Made by a program: the position numbers and the translations under genes. Below, one piece after another: positions 17,368 to 27,800 of a stretch of 64,000 nucleotides of DNA. Location of the stretch: positions 12,153-76,152 of the forward strand of contig CASFFG010000002.1 of assembly GCA_949293905.1 (NCBI GenBank), given 5' to 3'. This DNA comes from an uncultured Christensenella sp. (GTDB lineage: Bacteria > Bacillota > Clostridia > Christensenellales > UBA1242). Numbering within the stretch: position 1 is the stretch's first letter; every line of letters starts with the position of its first letter. Under the pieces are notes generated by a model. That model was not told where the DNA came from, searched no databases, and saw nothing but the letters and a program-made list of their open reading frames with translations.

Positions 17368-20300
17368 TCTCACCTCCAAACGACTCAGGTTTCACATTTT
17401 TTGCAATCCTTCTGCCAATCTTTGAACTAGATTTTAGACAAACATGCATATAAGGACAATACTGACAAGGGTCACTAACAGTACTTGGCGAAGGAGAAAT
17501 AAAACCAGATTTTATTTCGTCCACAGCATTCTCACTAACAGCCTTTGCATATTCTTTTAATGACAGCATTTCGTTCGAACTCAATTCCTTATATCCACGA
17601 GTCCGCCTAGCAAGTCCTTTTTTAGTAAGTCGAATATTGACTATATCGCTTTTTTCGTCCGGCTGAATTCGTCCATCTAATGCCTTTACAATTTCTTCGT
17701 TGTTTATGAAAAATCCATTTAGCGAATATCCACCGTCATCAAGTTTCGTATATGCGTTGTGTAGTGGCAAGTAAAATCCGCCGACAACAGATTTCTTCAA
17801 CTCATTTTCCATGGCGCAAGAATATAGGAAAAGTTGAAGTTTATTCCCATAATACAATTCTTTTAAACTTGCATTTGCTCTACCTGATTTATAATCAATA
17901 ATGCGTAACATGTCATTGTATTCGTCCACTCTATCCACAGTTCCAATCACATCAATATTTTTCAATTTCAACGCAGTACCTCCGCCGAATTTATGTTCTA
18001 GAAGTATATTTACAGGCTGGAACGCAGAATTTTCGTCTATATAATTTAATCCATATATTACGCGAACACTCTCGTCTATTAAATTTGTAATAATTGGACT
18101 GCTCGACTTCAATTTTAGACGCGGATTTTTATCAATAAAAGCAAAAACTTCATCACGACAAAACTCATAAATATCGCCTACAACTTTATTTCTTTTGTAA
18201 TACTTATAGAGGAGTTCATGTAAGATATTTCCCACATCAAACGATTGAATTTCACTCTCTTCTCGCTCTTTGATTTTTAAAACATTTGCCGAAAAATAAT
18301 AGAACGGACACTTAAAATAGTTCTCTAATTGAGAGGCTGAAATAGTATTTAAATTTTCATAAATTTTTAAGTTATCATTAGATATTTGAGAAAAATTCTT
18401 ATTTTTTATTGAAATTTCATGGTTTTTGCTATATTTTTCATTAAAATTTAAAACAAAATTATTATTTTTAGAATTTTGTTTACAAATCTTTTCAATATAA
18501 TCCCAACGGCTCAATGCAAGATTTTTACCTAAATTCCCCACTTCAACCGGACATAAATTTATCCCCTTATCCTTTGTCCTGACAATCACTCGATTGCAAA
18601 TTTCAGTTACAAGTTCACTCGCCGTTTTTGAATATGATATAGTAAGTGAATTGTTGAATTGTAAGCACGTGTTAAATAATCTCAACTTGCTTAACCTGTT
18701 TATATGGGCGATAGTTGGTGCGAGTTTATGTGAGAAATTAAGTTCTTCTATCTCACTATCGAGAATAATTCCGCAATCATTTTTTAGACTAGGAGCGGAC
18801 TCGTTTGTGCAGTTCAAAATGTATAAATTATTAAAGACTTCCATACAGTCTTTTGCGTCAACTATCTTAACGGCATCTAATGTCTGTGGAAGATTATTTA
18901 TCTTAACGATTGATGCCACGCGCACTAAAATATCATAAAGCGAAGTCATATCAATTTGCGGATAGAACTTATCCACTTCTAATAGTAAATTGTTTACCAT
19001 TTCACGCGATTTTAGGAGCAAAAGTCTATCTTGCAAACTTGAATTATTGTTAGCAAGACTTAATAGTTTGCCGTCAAAATCTAAAATCTTATTTGCATTT
19101 TCTAGCATATCAAAAATATCATTAACATTAAAAGTCGCATCAATAATAAACAAATTTATAAATTCTTTAAGTTTATCTTTTTCCGCAATTAAATCGTCTC
19201 CAAAATCCACAAAATCCAACTTTAGACTACGGAATTCACGCTTAATCAGGATATCACAAATCTTATATTTTTTTTCTTGTTCAATATCAAAAAAGGGTGA
19301 ATTAATCATGTCAATTAAATGCGTTAACTCATATCCTTCAAGATTAAATTTAAAAATGCTAACTAAAAATTTATAAAAAACGCTTTTATTTAGCGAAAAA
19401 TCGCTATCTAAATAATAATTTATTTCGTATTTTGAAAAAATTTCGTTAAAAATATTATTTTTGCCTTCCAAATCATATGTGGCTATACCAAAATTCGAAT
19501 AGTTCTCGCCGTGCAAAATTTTAGACCTAATATCTCGTGCAACAAACTCAATCTCTGCGCGAATGCTGTTTGACGCGAATACCCTAACTTCGTCCTTCTT
19601 TAAAGTAAATTTTTCATTCGTTGTTGAAAAAATATTATCAGTTAAAAATTCTCGAATTCCATTTGAATATCCAACTTTGCTGACCTTATCAAAAGGCAGT
19701 TCGTTTATGTATGCGATATTTCTTAATTGCGATTCAATTTCAGTATTGTAAATATATCTATTTTTCTTATCAGTCATATAGTTTAGAATATAAACATTAT
19801 TTTCAATAGCCAATCTCTCTATAATCGAATACTCAATCGCAGTGTAATCATCAAATCCTACAAAGATGATTTTCTCATTGTGGCGATTCTTGGCGACCGT
19901 CAGCGTTGACATAAGGAATGTATCCGATTGGTCAAGCAGTCCCGCCTTATGCTCTTCGTACTGCGTATAAATTAGACTTAAATCAAGAATTTTATCCATT
20001 AATTGAGCATTATTTGACTTAAAATCTTCCATCTCTTGTGGTGTAATTTTGCTAGCCTTTAATTGTTGGATGGTATTGTAAATTTCTTCCGCATATGAAA
20101 AAGAATACGCCTTGCTTTTCAGTACTTTAAGGTTGTTGATATTTTCATTTAGTATTTTATGTATTAATATTATGCTACCAACTTTTGTTATTTCGCTATC
20201 CTGCGAGATATTTAGCGTTCGTTTTGCAAACCTGTTTAACGTACTAACTTTTATGTCGAAACTCGCTTCAATCTGCAGTTTTTCAAAAATATATCTTTCC

Positions 20301-20419
20301 ATAAATAAACTAAGTTTATCAGGAACTATAATATTAATCTCTCCACCTTCATTACGGCAAAAATCTACCACTTCGTCGAGTGCATCATGTAAAGACGGAA
20401 GATTGACCAAATTTATCAT
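17360..20419 (-). CDS. addB: ATP-dependent helicase/deoxyribonuclease subunit B (AddB)
   Basis: 1019 aa, immediately upstream of and overlapping addA. The C-terminal PD-(D/E)xK nuclease has flanking Fe-S cysteines (YFKCPFYYF ... CQYCPYMHVC). Confidence 0.9.
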   Translation of the reverse strand: MINLVNLPSLHDALDEVVDFCRNEGGEINIIVPDKLSLFMERYIFEKLQIEASFDIKVSTLNRFAKRTLNISQDSEITKVGSIILIHKILNENINNLKVLKSKAYSFSYAEEIYNTIQQLKASKITPQEMEDFKSNNAQLMDKILDLSLIYTQYEEHKAGLLDQSDTFLMSTLTVAKNRHNEKIIFVGFDDYTAIEYSIIERLAIENNVYILNYMTDKKNRYIYNTEIESQLRNIAYINELPFDKVSKVGYSNGIREFLTDNIFSTTNEKFTLKKDEVRVFASNSIRAEIEFVARDIRSKILHGENYSNFGIATYDLEGKNNIFNEIFSKYEINYYLDSDFSLNKSVFYKFLVSIFKFNLEGYELTHLIDMINSPFFDIEQEKKYKICDILIKREFRSLKLDFVDFGDDLIAEKDKLKEFINLFIIDATFNVNDIFDMLENANKILDFDGKLLSLANNNSSLQDRLLLLKSREMVNNLLLEVDKFYPQIDMTSLYDILVRVASIVKINNLPQTLDAVKIVDAKDCMEVFNNLYILNCTNESAPSLKNDCGIILDSEIEELNFSHKLAPTIAHINRLSKLRLFNTCLQFNNSLTISYSKTASELVTEICNRVIVRTKDKGINLCPVEVGNLGKNLALSRWDYIEKICKQNSKNNNFVLNFNEKYSKNHEISIKNKNFSQISNDNLKIYENLNTISASQLENYFKCPFYYFSANVLKIKEREESEIQSFDVGNILHELLYKYYKRNKVVGDIYEFCRDEVFAFIDKNPRLKLKSSSPIITNLIDESVRVIYGLNYIDENSAFQPVNILLEHKFGGGTALKLKNIDVIGTVDRVDEYNDMLRIIDYKSGRANASLKELYYGNKLQLFLYSCAMENELKKSVVGGFYLPLHNAYTKLDDGGYSLNGFFINNEEIVKALDGRIQPDEKSDIVNIRLTKKGLARRTRGYKELSSNEMLSLKEYAKAVSENAVDEIKSGFISPSPSTVSDPCQYCPYMHVCLKSSSKIGRRIAKNVKPESFGGENA

Positions 20420-20512
20420 AAAAACATTATATCATAATGCAATAAATTTTGCAAGAAAGAAAGTTTAGTATAAATTTTTGATTTCCGCACAAAATACTAA
20501 CGGAGGTGCTAA

Positions 20513-20677
20513 ATGTCTAAAAGTAAGCAATGGCGTCCAGGCGAGACTGTCCCTGAATCTGCAACTTATGTAGCATATGATTCTATGGGACATAATGGCG
20601 GAAGTCTTTATCTTGAAAAAGGTAAGCGTTTCCCTGCCACCCAGAACTCTGGAAGTTACTACACTTTAGGTGAATAG
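20513..20677 (+). CDS. YjzC-like small protein (54 aa)
   Basis: Not in the ORF track. ATG 20513 follows ACGGAGGTG. Hand translation is MSKSKQWRPGETVPESATYVAYDSMGHNGGSLYLEKGKRFPATQNSGSYYTLGE, which parallels B. subtilis YjzC (KPGEKAPNNGVY...GDRFPET). It is followed by a clean terminator. Confidence 0.65.
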   Translation: MSKSKQWRPGETVPESATYVAYDSMGHNGGSLYLEKGKRFPATQNSGSYYTLGE

Positions 20678-20687
20678 ACCTACAGAA

Positions 20688-20716
20688 AAGACTGCATAAA
20701 TTCATTGCAGTCTTTT
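20688..20716 (+). terminator. Rho-independent terminator
   Basis: Stem AAGACTGCA (20688-20696) / TGCAGTCTT (20705-20713), followed by a T-run. Confidence 0.75.
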
Positions 20717-20837
20717 TATTTATTTTTTTTGAATAATGATCTATTTTAATAATTTTTATTAAATTTTTATAATTTTTTAATATTTTTTCCAAAATTAATG
20801 CAAATTCAAATAATATTATCAATCTTTATTTTTAATA

Positions 20838-21434
20838 TTAAAACCACGAGTTCATATCTGGGTCATGGTCGTAATCATAACGTACACTTCTCTCTATCAA
20901 AAAATCGAAATCCTCAAATGTGAATAATCTAAAGAAATTTACATCAACGCCTGCATTTATCCCATAAGACCTTCTAAGTCCTCCCTCACCATGCACATGT
21001 CCAAATATATTTATATACCGGTCCTTATGTTTGTGCGGATAATGATTTAAATAATACCTCTTGCCATTATGAGTTAGTTTTAAGTCTTTAACCACATCAT
21101 CTATACCGATAGACTTTGCCCATATTTTAAAATTTTCAAAGTTGTTATTAAAAAAATATTTAACTATGCGGTCTTCATTGTTCCCCATTATCAAAACCAT
21201 TTTAGCTTTAATTTTTTTAACCCATTTAGGCGCAATATCTCTCCAAACCGTTGAATTTTCATTATTGCAATCAAGCAAGTCTCCCACACAAAAAATCGTA
21301 TCATTTTTATTCGCGACCTTATTCCAAGTCTTAACAATATATTTGTCACAAGTAGTCACATTCTTAAACGGACGTCTTTCATTCTTGAAAGTTGAGACAT
21401 CTCCAAAATGCACATCGGCAGTAAAATAGTACAT
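20838..21434 (-). CDS. Metallophosphoesterase (calcineurin-like)
   Basis: Contains the motifs ADVHFGD, GDLLD, GNNED and GHVHG. Start is set to ATG 21432-21434 (MYYFTADVHFGD). Confidence 0.8.
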   Translation of the reverse strand: MYYFTADVHFGDVSTFKNERRPFKNVTTCDKYIVKTWNKVANKNDTIFCVGDLLDCNNENSTVWRDIAPKWVKKIKAKMVLIMGNNEDRIVKYFFNNNFENFKIWAKSIGIDDVVKDLKLTHNGKRYYLNHYPHKHKDRYINIFGHVHGEGGLRRSYGINAGVDVNFFRLFTFEDFDFLIERSVRYDYDHDPDMNSWF

Positions 21435-21477
21435 AAAAATTTCCTTTAATGTTTTGTTTAATGTTTTGATTTTAAAT

Positions 21478-21488
21478 ATTATAGCACA
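21478..21488 (-). promoter_or_regulatory. Extended -10 promoter (TGTGCTATAAT) for the metallophosphoesterase gene
   Basis: Minus-strand TGTGCTATAAT lies about 40 nt upstream of the ATG. The same 11-mer recurs at 39889-39899. Confidence 0.45.
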
Positions 21489-21536
21489 TTTTGTCAAAAA
21501 ATTTATTAAAATTTTAGATAAAACTTTTTTCTATAC

Positions 21537-21565
21537 TTGACAAGCATGTTAAAACTTGCTATACT
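21537..21565 (+). promoter_or_regulatory. Near-consensus sigma-A promoter with no obvious cognate gene
   Basis: TTGACA (21537-21542), a 17-nt spacer, then TATACT (21560-21565). The next plus-strand feature is tRNA-Ser, 238 nt downstream. Confidence 0.5.
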
Positions 21566-21803
21566 TAGTAAGTTGATATTTGACGGTGTGGTATTTTGTA
21601 AGTGTTGTATACAATTTACATTTATTGGAATAAAAATCCATACACTATGACTTCAAGTCAATCATAAAAATTAAAATTTATTAAAAATCATAAATACTTT
21701 TATAAATTAATGAATTTATATTAGAATAAAATAAACTTATGATTACACTTGAATAGTTTTAGTTCAGTTATAATCGGCACAAACATAAAAATTAAATTCG
21801 AAT

Positions 21804-21894
21804 GGAGAGTTACTCAAGAGGTCGAAGAGGCGTCCCTGCTAAGGATGTAGGCGTCGAAAGGCGCGCGAGGGTTCAAATCCCTCACTCTCCGCCA
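21804..21894 (+). tRNA. tRNA-Ser (anticodon GCU), CCA encoded
   Basis: Hand-folded cloverleaf. Acceptor is GGAGAGU/ACUCUCC, anticodon stem CGUCC/GGAUG, loop CUGCUAA. It has a long variable arm and T-arm GAGGG-UUCAAAU-CCCUC. Confidence 0.95.
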
Positions 21895-22119
21895 ATACCA
21901 CAATATGTAGTAGTGTTTAAACGATTTGACAATTATATTTTGATTATTTTGTTAAGTCGTTTTTTTGTTGTGTATAATTTGTGTACAGTTTTAAATTATT
22001 TGTTATATCTATAAATCAACAAAAAAATATAAATACATAGTTAAAACAACTTTTAATATACATTGTAACTATCTATATAAAAAATTGTTATTTGGTAATA
22101 TTATTCTTAGGAGTAAATC

Positions 22120-22485
22120 ATGAAAGATACCATAACAATTATTAAAGATAGAATTCAAAATATCTTAAAGCGAAGAAATATGACAATTTATGAACTTGCA
22201 AATCTCGCCGATGTTTCCGAAGCGTGTATTAGGAATTGGTATAGTAAAAGAAACTATGTACCCAGTTTACCATCTTTAATTAATATATGTAAAGTATTAG
22301 ATATAAGTTTATCTCAACTTGTTATGGCGGAAGATGAAGAATACTTCCCCATCGATAAAGAATCTAAAGCGTTATTAACGGATTGGTTTACATTGGAGCC
22401 TGACGTAAGAAAAAGTATAATGAATATAATACATTATATAAATAAGGATAAGACAAAAGATGAAATCAACAACTCTAATCGATAA
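22120..22485 (+). CDS. XRE-family HTH regulator
   Basis: 121 aa. ILKRRNMTIYELANLADVSEACIRNWYSKRNYVPSLPSLINICKVLDISLSQL is a Cro/C1-type HTH. Shine-Dalgarno is TAGGAG. Confidence 0.75.
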   Translation: MKDTITIIKDRIQNILKRRNMTIYELANLADVSEACIRNWYSKRNYVPSLPSLINICKVLDISLSQLVMAEDEEYFPIDKESKALLTDWFTLEPDVRKSIMNIIHYINKDKTKDEINNSNR

Positions 22486-22996
22486 ATCTCAAATAAATAA
22501 GTTGGTTGAGTTAACTGGACAAGGCAACTGGGACGCTTTTAAAAAATTAGAAGATTCAATGTATCCTATCTTATATAAATTTTTGCGTAAATACACTTTT
22601 GATGATGAACTTATAAAAGATATTGTTTCTACTACATTTTGTATTGTCATTGAAAAATCTAAAAGAAAAATGTTATATTTAAACTGTTTTAGTTGGATAA
22701 TTAGTATAGCAAAGTATCAAATGATTAACCATCTAAGGAAAAATAAAAATCTAGTTTATTCTGATAAATTAGATACACTGAGTAATGAAAGCAATTTCAT
22801 AACTAAATTATCGATTAAACAACTAATTGGTAACCTGGATAATAAGAGTAAACAATTATTATACTTATTGTATTTTATAAAAGCGAAACATAATGAAATC
22901 AGTAAGATAATGAAAATTTCAAAATCAACCATAAAACGACGCAATAAGGAACTTATATTATATTTGAAGGAGCAAATTCAAGATGAAAAAGATTGA
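22460..22996 (+). CDS. Sigma-70 family (ECF-like) sigma factor
   Basis: 178 aa. A region-2-like segment (DIVSTTFCIVIEK...FSWIISIAKYQMINHLRK) is followed by a region-4 HTH (HNEISKIMKISKSTIKRRNKE). The ORF overlaps both neighbours. Confidence 0.7.
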   Translation: MKSTTLIDKSQINKLVELTGQGNWDAFKKLEDSMYPILYKFLRKYTFDDELIKDIVSTTFCIVIEKSKRKMLYLNCFSWIISIAKYQMINHLRKNKNLVYSDKLDTLSNESNFITKLSIKQLIGNLDNKSKQLLYLLYFIKAKHNEISKIMKISKSTIKRRNKELILYLKEQIQDEKD

Positions 22997-23636
22997 AGAT
23001 GAAATTTTTGAGTATTTTGACGAACAAACTATACCCGAATTAGACGAAAATGCCAATAATAAATTTAAAGAATTAGTTGCAAAAAACAAGAATAAATCAA
23101 AAGCAAACTTTTGGAAAAGGTTTGCTCTTATTTCTGCAGTTTCTGTCTGCTGTTTATTGTGTTTGGCTATTCCGTTAATTGCATTATTGCATAACCCCCA
23201 ACCTGCGACTACCTTCTACTCTGACGATGAAGCAACAAAGATAGATATGACTGAAACGGAATTTGATTCATTTATTCAAAACGAGTTCCCACAATATGAA
23301 TTTCTTACTACAGATTTTAGCTTCCAATCAGCACTGGCTTTTTATGAACCAAACAGCGATAACTTATTGGCTGTTAGACTGATAGCCGATGAAAATGTAC
23401 AGCCTTACACAAATATTCAAATATATTTAGTTATTAGTAATAAATTTACATTGTCTAATGAAAACACTTATACTGACAACTCTACGTATAAAGAAACGGA
23501 CAAATATAAACTTTATAATAAAACTGAATATAATGTGTATACTGAAAACATGTTGTCCTATGTAATTTTTCCGTCATACAAATTATATATACAATTTAAT
23601 TGCTCAAACTACACACTTCTTGAACAATTTTTGTAA
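22983..23636 (+). CDS. Single-pass membrane protein, anti-sigma-factor-like by position
   Basis: 217 aa with one TM helix (FALISAVSVCCLLCLAIPLIALL) after a short cytoplasmic N-terminus. Translationally coupled to the sigma gene. No recognisable zinc anti-sigma motif. Confidence 0.4.
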   Translation: MKKIEDEIFEYFDEQTIPELDENANNKFKELVAKNKNKSKANFWKRFALISAVSVCCLLCLAIPLIALLHNPQPATTFYSDDEATKIDMTETEFDSFIQNEFPQYEFLTTDFSFQSALAFYEPNSDNLLAVRLIADENVQPYTNIQIYLVISNKFTLSNENTYTDNSTYKETDKYKLYNKTEYNVYTENMLSYVIFPSYKLYIQFNCSNYTLLEQFL

Positions 23637-23712
23637 AATTTTAAAAAATTTTGTAATTTTTTGAACCTTTTTGCCAAATAAATCTATAATTTAATAGCAT
23701 TATGGAGGTTAT

Positions 23713-24519
23713 ATGGTTAAAAAGGTTTTTTCATTTATTTATACTGTCGTGATAGGACTATGTTCTACTATAATTCCTATTAACACAGGATCATATTATT
23801 GTGACAGCTATTCAGGTTTTGGCACAGGTGGAGTCTCTCATACAGAAGTAATTAATTATGATAGTTATACTATGAGCGATGTCCATTTGGACAACTTGTT
23901 CCCTATATATATTAGTAGTTATGGAACTAATGCTTGTGCATCTACTGCTGGCTCAATGCTAGTTACTTATCATGACATTGATTTCACCAATTTGCTACCA
24001 AACTACACACCTGGTTCAGTGACAAACGGAATGTACCGATATCAATCACAAAATTCAACAATTAATGCTCTAATGGCTGAAATGTATGAACTAATGGGAA
24101 CAAATACAATTAATCCAGGGACATCGGTCAACCAATTTATGACCGGAATGTCTCAATACTATACGAATCATGGCTATACTATTAATTTTACAAAATTGTC
24201 TAATAGTTTAGATTCAAACACTGTAACGACTTATTTAGAACAAGAAAAACCACTTATATTATTTTTGAACTCATATGACTATTACGACGCCCTTGGTGTA
24301 TCAATTGGAGATACGACAATGCGAATGGTAGGTTTGTATAAAGAAGCTGGGCATGTGGTCATTGCTTATGGCTATCGAATATTTAACTTTTACCAAGATG
24401 GAGATTTGTTTAGAACTGATAAATATTTAATTGTATCATTTGGAGATGGGACTACTGGATATATGTCAATAAACGAAACATCTTATATCGATGAAGTTTA
24501 TGTCTCAACGGTTAGTTAA
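23713..24519 (+). CDS. Secreted papain-fold / C39-like cysteine peptidase candidate
   Basis: 268 aa with an N-terminal signal-like hydrophobic segment. Contains a candidate nucleophile context GTNACASTAGSM and a candidate His context EAGHVVIAYGY. Motif-level call only. Confidence 0.4.
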   Translation: MVKKVFSFIYTVVIGLCSTIIPINTGSYYCDSYSGFGTGGVSHTEVINYDSYTMSDVHLDNLFPIYISSYGTNACASTAGSMLVTYHDIDFTNLLPNYTPGSVTNGMYRYQSQNSTINALMAEMYELMGTNTINPGTSVNQFMTGMSQYYTNHGYTINFTKLSNSLDSNTVTTYLEQEKPLILFLNSYDYYDALGVSIGDTTMRMVGLYKEAGHVVIAYGYRIFNFYQDGDLFRTDKYLIVSFGDGTTGYMSINETSYIDEVYVSTVS

Positions 24520-24742
24520 AATTCTTGCTGATAAAATTCGAATTTTAACGGTATAAACATTAAATTTTACATAAACAATAAAAATAAATAATAGAAAAAG
24601 TATTTAAATTAGTAAATAGATTAGCAATCTAGAAAATTAAGATTATATATAAATAAGTTTTTTGAACTAAGAAAAATTTTACAGAGCCTTGAAAGTATGA
24701 GAAATAGCATTGGATACTATAAAATGACATTGCACTTAAACT

Positions 24743-24768
24743 ATTTCTCAATTTGAATTTCTCAATTT
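24743..24768 (+). repeat. 12-bp direct repeat ATTTCTCAATTT x2 upstream of the RHS gene
   Basis: Copies at 24743-24754 and 24757-24768, a 14-bp period. Confidence 0.8.
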
Positions 24769-24880
24769 TTAAGTAAATCCATAAACAATTTTCAACAATC
24801 TACTCTATAAAAAACGTCAATTCAAAAAATTATAGCAAATTTAAATTAAGATAAAAGTCTTATCTTAAAAGGGGAATTTT

Positions 24881-27800
24881 ATGTTTAAAATAAAAGTTAA
24901 CGACGTTTTATTAAATACAAACGCTAGTGGAAATATTTATGCAGACATTGCCTTACCTGCATCGTTAAACAATGTTAAAATAACTAAGGCAAAATTAAAA
25001 TTAGTAGTGAATAAAGATAAAAATTCAAATAATAATGAAGAAATCTCTGTAAATTACGAATATGTTAAAGATGGAATTGTGAATTTAAGATGGGAAAATA
25101 TTGACCATTTATCAAATTTGGCAAACGGTGATGTGATTTACATAGATTTTTTAAACGAACTTCAAGACGCATGTACTTTGGGTGCATCTAATCTACATTT
25201 AGTGTTTTGCAAGAATACCACAAGTGATTTAACTTTTAATGAAATTAATTCATCAAACGTAGATGTAGAATGTATATCGTTATACGAATATGAGTCTAAT
25301 TCAGGCTCGCACGAAATTGACTGTGGTCGCGCAGGAGTAGTCTCAATAAATCTATCAACTGGCGAATTTTCTCTAAATCACTTTGATGTTAAAAGTGATA
25401 GCAATACTTTACCCCTTATAATCGCACATAATTATAACTCTTCACCGGCTAATAATTTTAAATTTTTCAATGATGAGAATTTCGATACTCATTGTGGTAA
25501 AGGTTGGAAATTAAATATTCAGCAATATTTGAAAAAGGTAAATTCTCGGTCTAATTTGAACAATGGTCACAATCAAGACAACTCGTTAAATTTTGAATAT
25601 ATTGACGCAACAGGCAAAACTCAACTTTTGCATAATTCAGTGAAAATCAAGAGTGAATTAGAAGATTTGCCTATTAAATCCAACCATCTAAAAGGTTTAA
25701 TTAAAACTCAAGTGCCTGTATATTATTTGTGTAATGATGATAATATCATTTACGGATTTGGAAAGACTGCTGATGAAAATATTTTTAGACTGATTTTAAT
25801 AACTGACGCATATGGAAATGGCATCTATATTAATTACGAAGACTTAAATAGTAACAAGATAATAAGCCTTATAAATTCAACAGGAAATTCATTTTTATTT
25901 AACTACAATAAACAAGATTTGCTAGAAAGTATTGTGGATTCAAGGAATAGAAAAATCAATTTTGAATATGAGAATAATCTACTTACTAAAATCACCTACC
26001 CTGACAAAAATTACAGCCAATATTTATACAACCCAGACAATAAAATCATTGCGGTAATAGACCAATCTGGGTTGGGAAAATATTTTGAGTATAACGACAA
26101 GGGCAAAGTGACAAGAATAATGACCTATCATAAAGATGAACCATCAAGAAAGTTTTATCAAGAATTCATGCTCGACGAAAAAGGAAGAATTACATCTTCT
26201 ATTAATGAATTTGGAATAACTGTTTCTAATTACGTTTATCTTGATGGAACCAACATAATTTTAAAAGAAATTGATAAAAATGGAAACATTATTTCGTATG
26301 ATTATGATAAGAATGTCCACCTTATTGGTCTAACCACTTCTTCAAATGGCGAAGAAAATACTAATATTTATGGCTACACTTTAAACTATCTAACTTCACT
26401 CAAACACAATGATTTTGAATACAATTACGAATATGATAATCTTGGTAAATTGAATAGAATTTTAATTGCCAACGAAGTATATTTTACTAAATCTTACACT
26501 GACAATAGCGAAACTATAACATATAAAAATGGTGCAACATTTAAACGAACTTTTAATAGTGACGGCAAAATAACGAGTGTCGAATATAATCAAGCACCTA
26601 TTCTAGAGAATGTTTATGACCCACTTGGAAATTTAATTAAATCTACTGATAAAACTAATAATGAATCAAACGTTCATAACTATTACTATGATAAATTTGG
26701 AAATCTTTACAAAGAAACTTCGACTCAACACTCTATCAATGTTGAAATTAAAAATACTATTGACAAGAAAACCGGGGATACGACTGCTAGTGAAATCAAA
26801 TTAGGGAATAAAACTCTAAATTATTCGTACAACTACAATAAGAATTTTGTTAATAAACTAGATAATGTAGTACTGCCTAATAAGAAAACACAATATATCG
26901 TAAATGATAAACTATGTAGAACTTATGAGATTAAATTGGATAGCCATATTAAACTATATCACTATTTATCTAATGGTGACCATACATCTAATTTGATTTC
27001 TAGTGTTTGGTATGGAGACCGCGATAAGATTAATGGAAATTATAGATACAAATATGACGAAAAGGGCAATATTATTGAAATTAAAGAAAATAGTATTCTC
27101 ATTGCCCGTTACAAGTATGATAATTTGTCTAGGTTAATTCGTGAAGATAATAGATTATTCAATAAAACGACCACTATTGAATACGATGCGGGTGGTAACA
27201 TAGTTTTTAAATTAGAATATTTGTTTACATTAACAGATAATTTAAACGAAAGTACTCCTGCTGCTATCTATCCTTATCTATATAAGTCTACAGGTTGGCG
27301 TGACCAACTTGTTTCATATAATGGTGAAAACTTTGCTTATGACGAAGTCGGTAACCCTACTACTTGCCGTGGAGAGACATTGATTTGGAGCCATGCTAGG
27401 CAAGTTGTCCAACTTGGAGATTGTAAGTACACTTACAACGCAAATGGCATTAGGACTAGCAAAATTGTTAATGGCGTTAAAACTAAATTCTTCTTAAATG
27501 GCAATAGAATAATCGCTCAAGATGACGGAAATATTATATACTACCATTATGGAGCCGATGGTATCGTAGGCTTTACGCTTCAATTATCTAATACCGATAT
27601 TCAAGAATATACCTACAAAAAGAATATTCAAGGTGATATAATTGGGATTTATGAACTAGAAAATGTATTAATTTGCAAGTACATTTATGATGCTTGGGGA
27701 AACACAAAAACGCTTATTTTATCTAGTAATGGTAGTTATGTTGACATCTCATCTACCTCAAACGATACATGCGTTAATACCAAATATTTATTCATCGCAA

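Noticed and set aside
20583-20822. 79-aa minus-strand ORF.
   Set aside because: It overlaps, in antisense, the Shine-Dalgarno-led YjzC-like gene and its terminator. The remainder is AT-only spacer.
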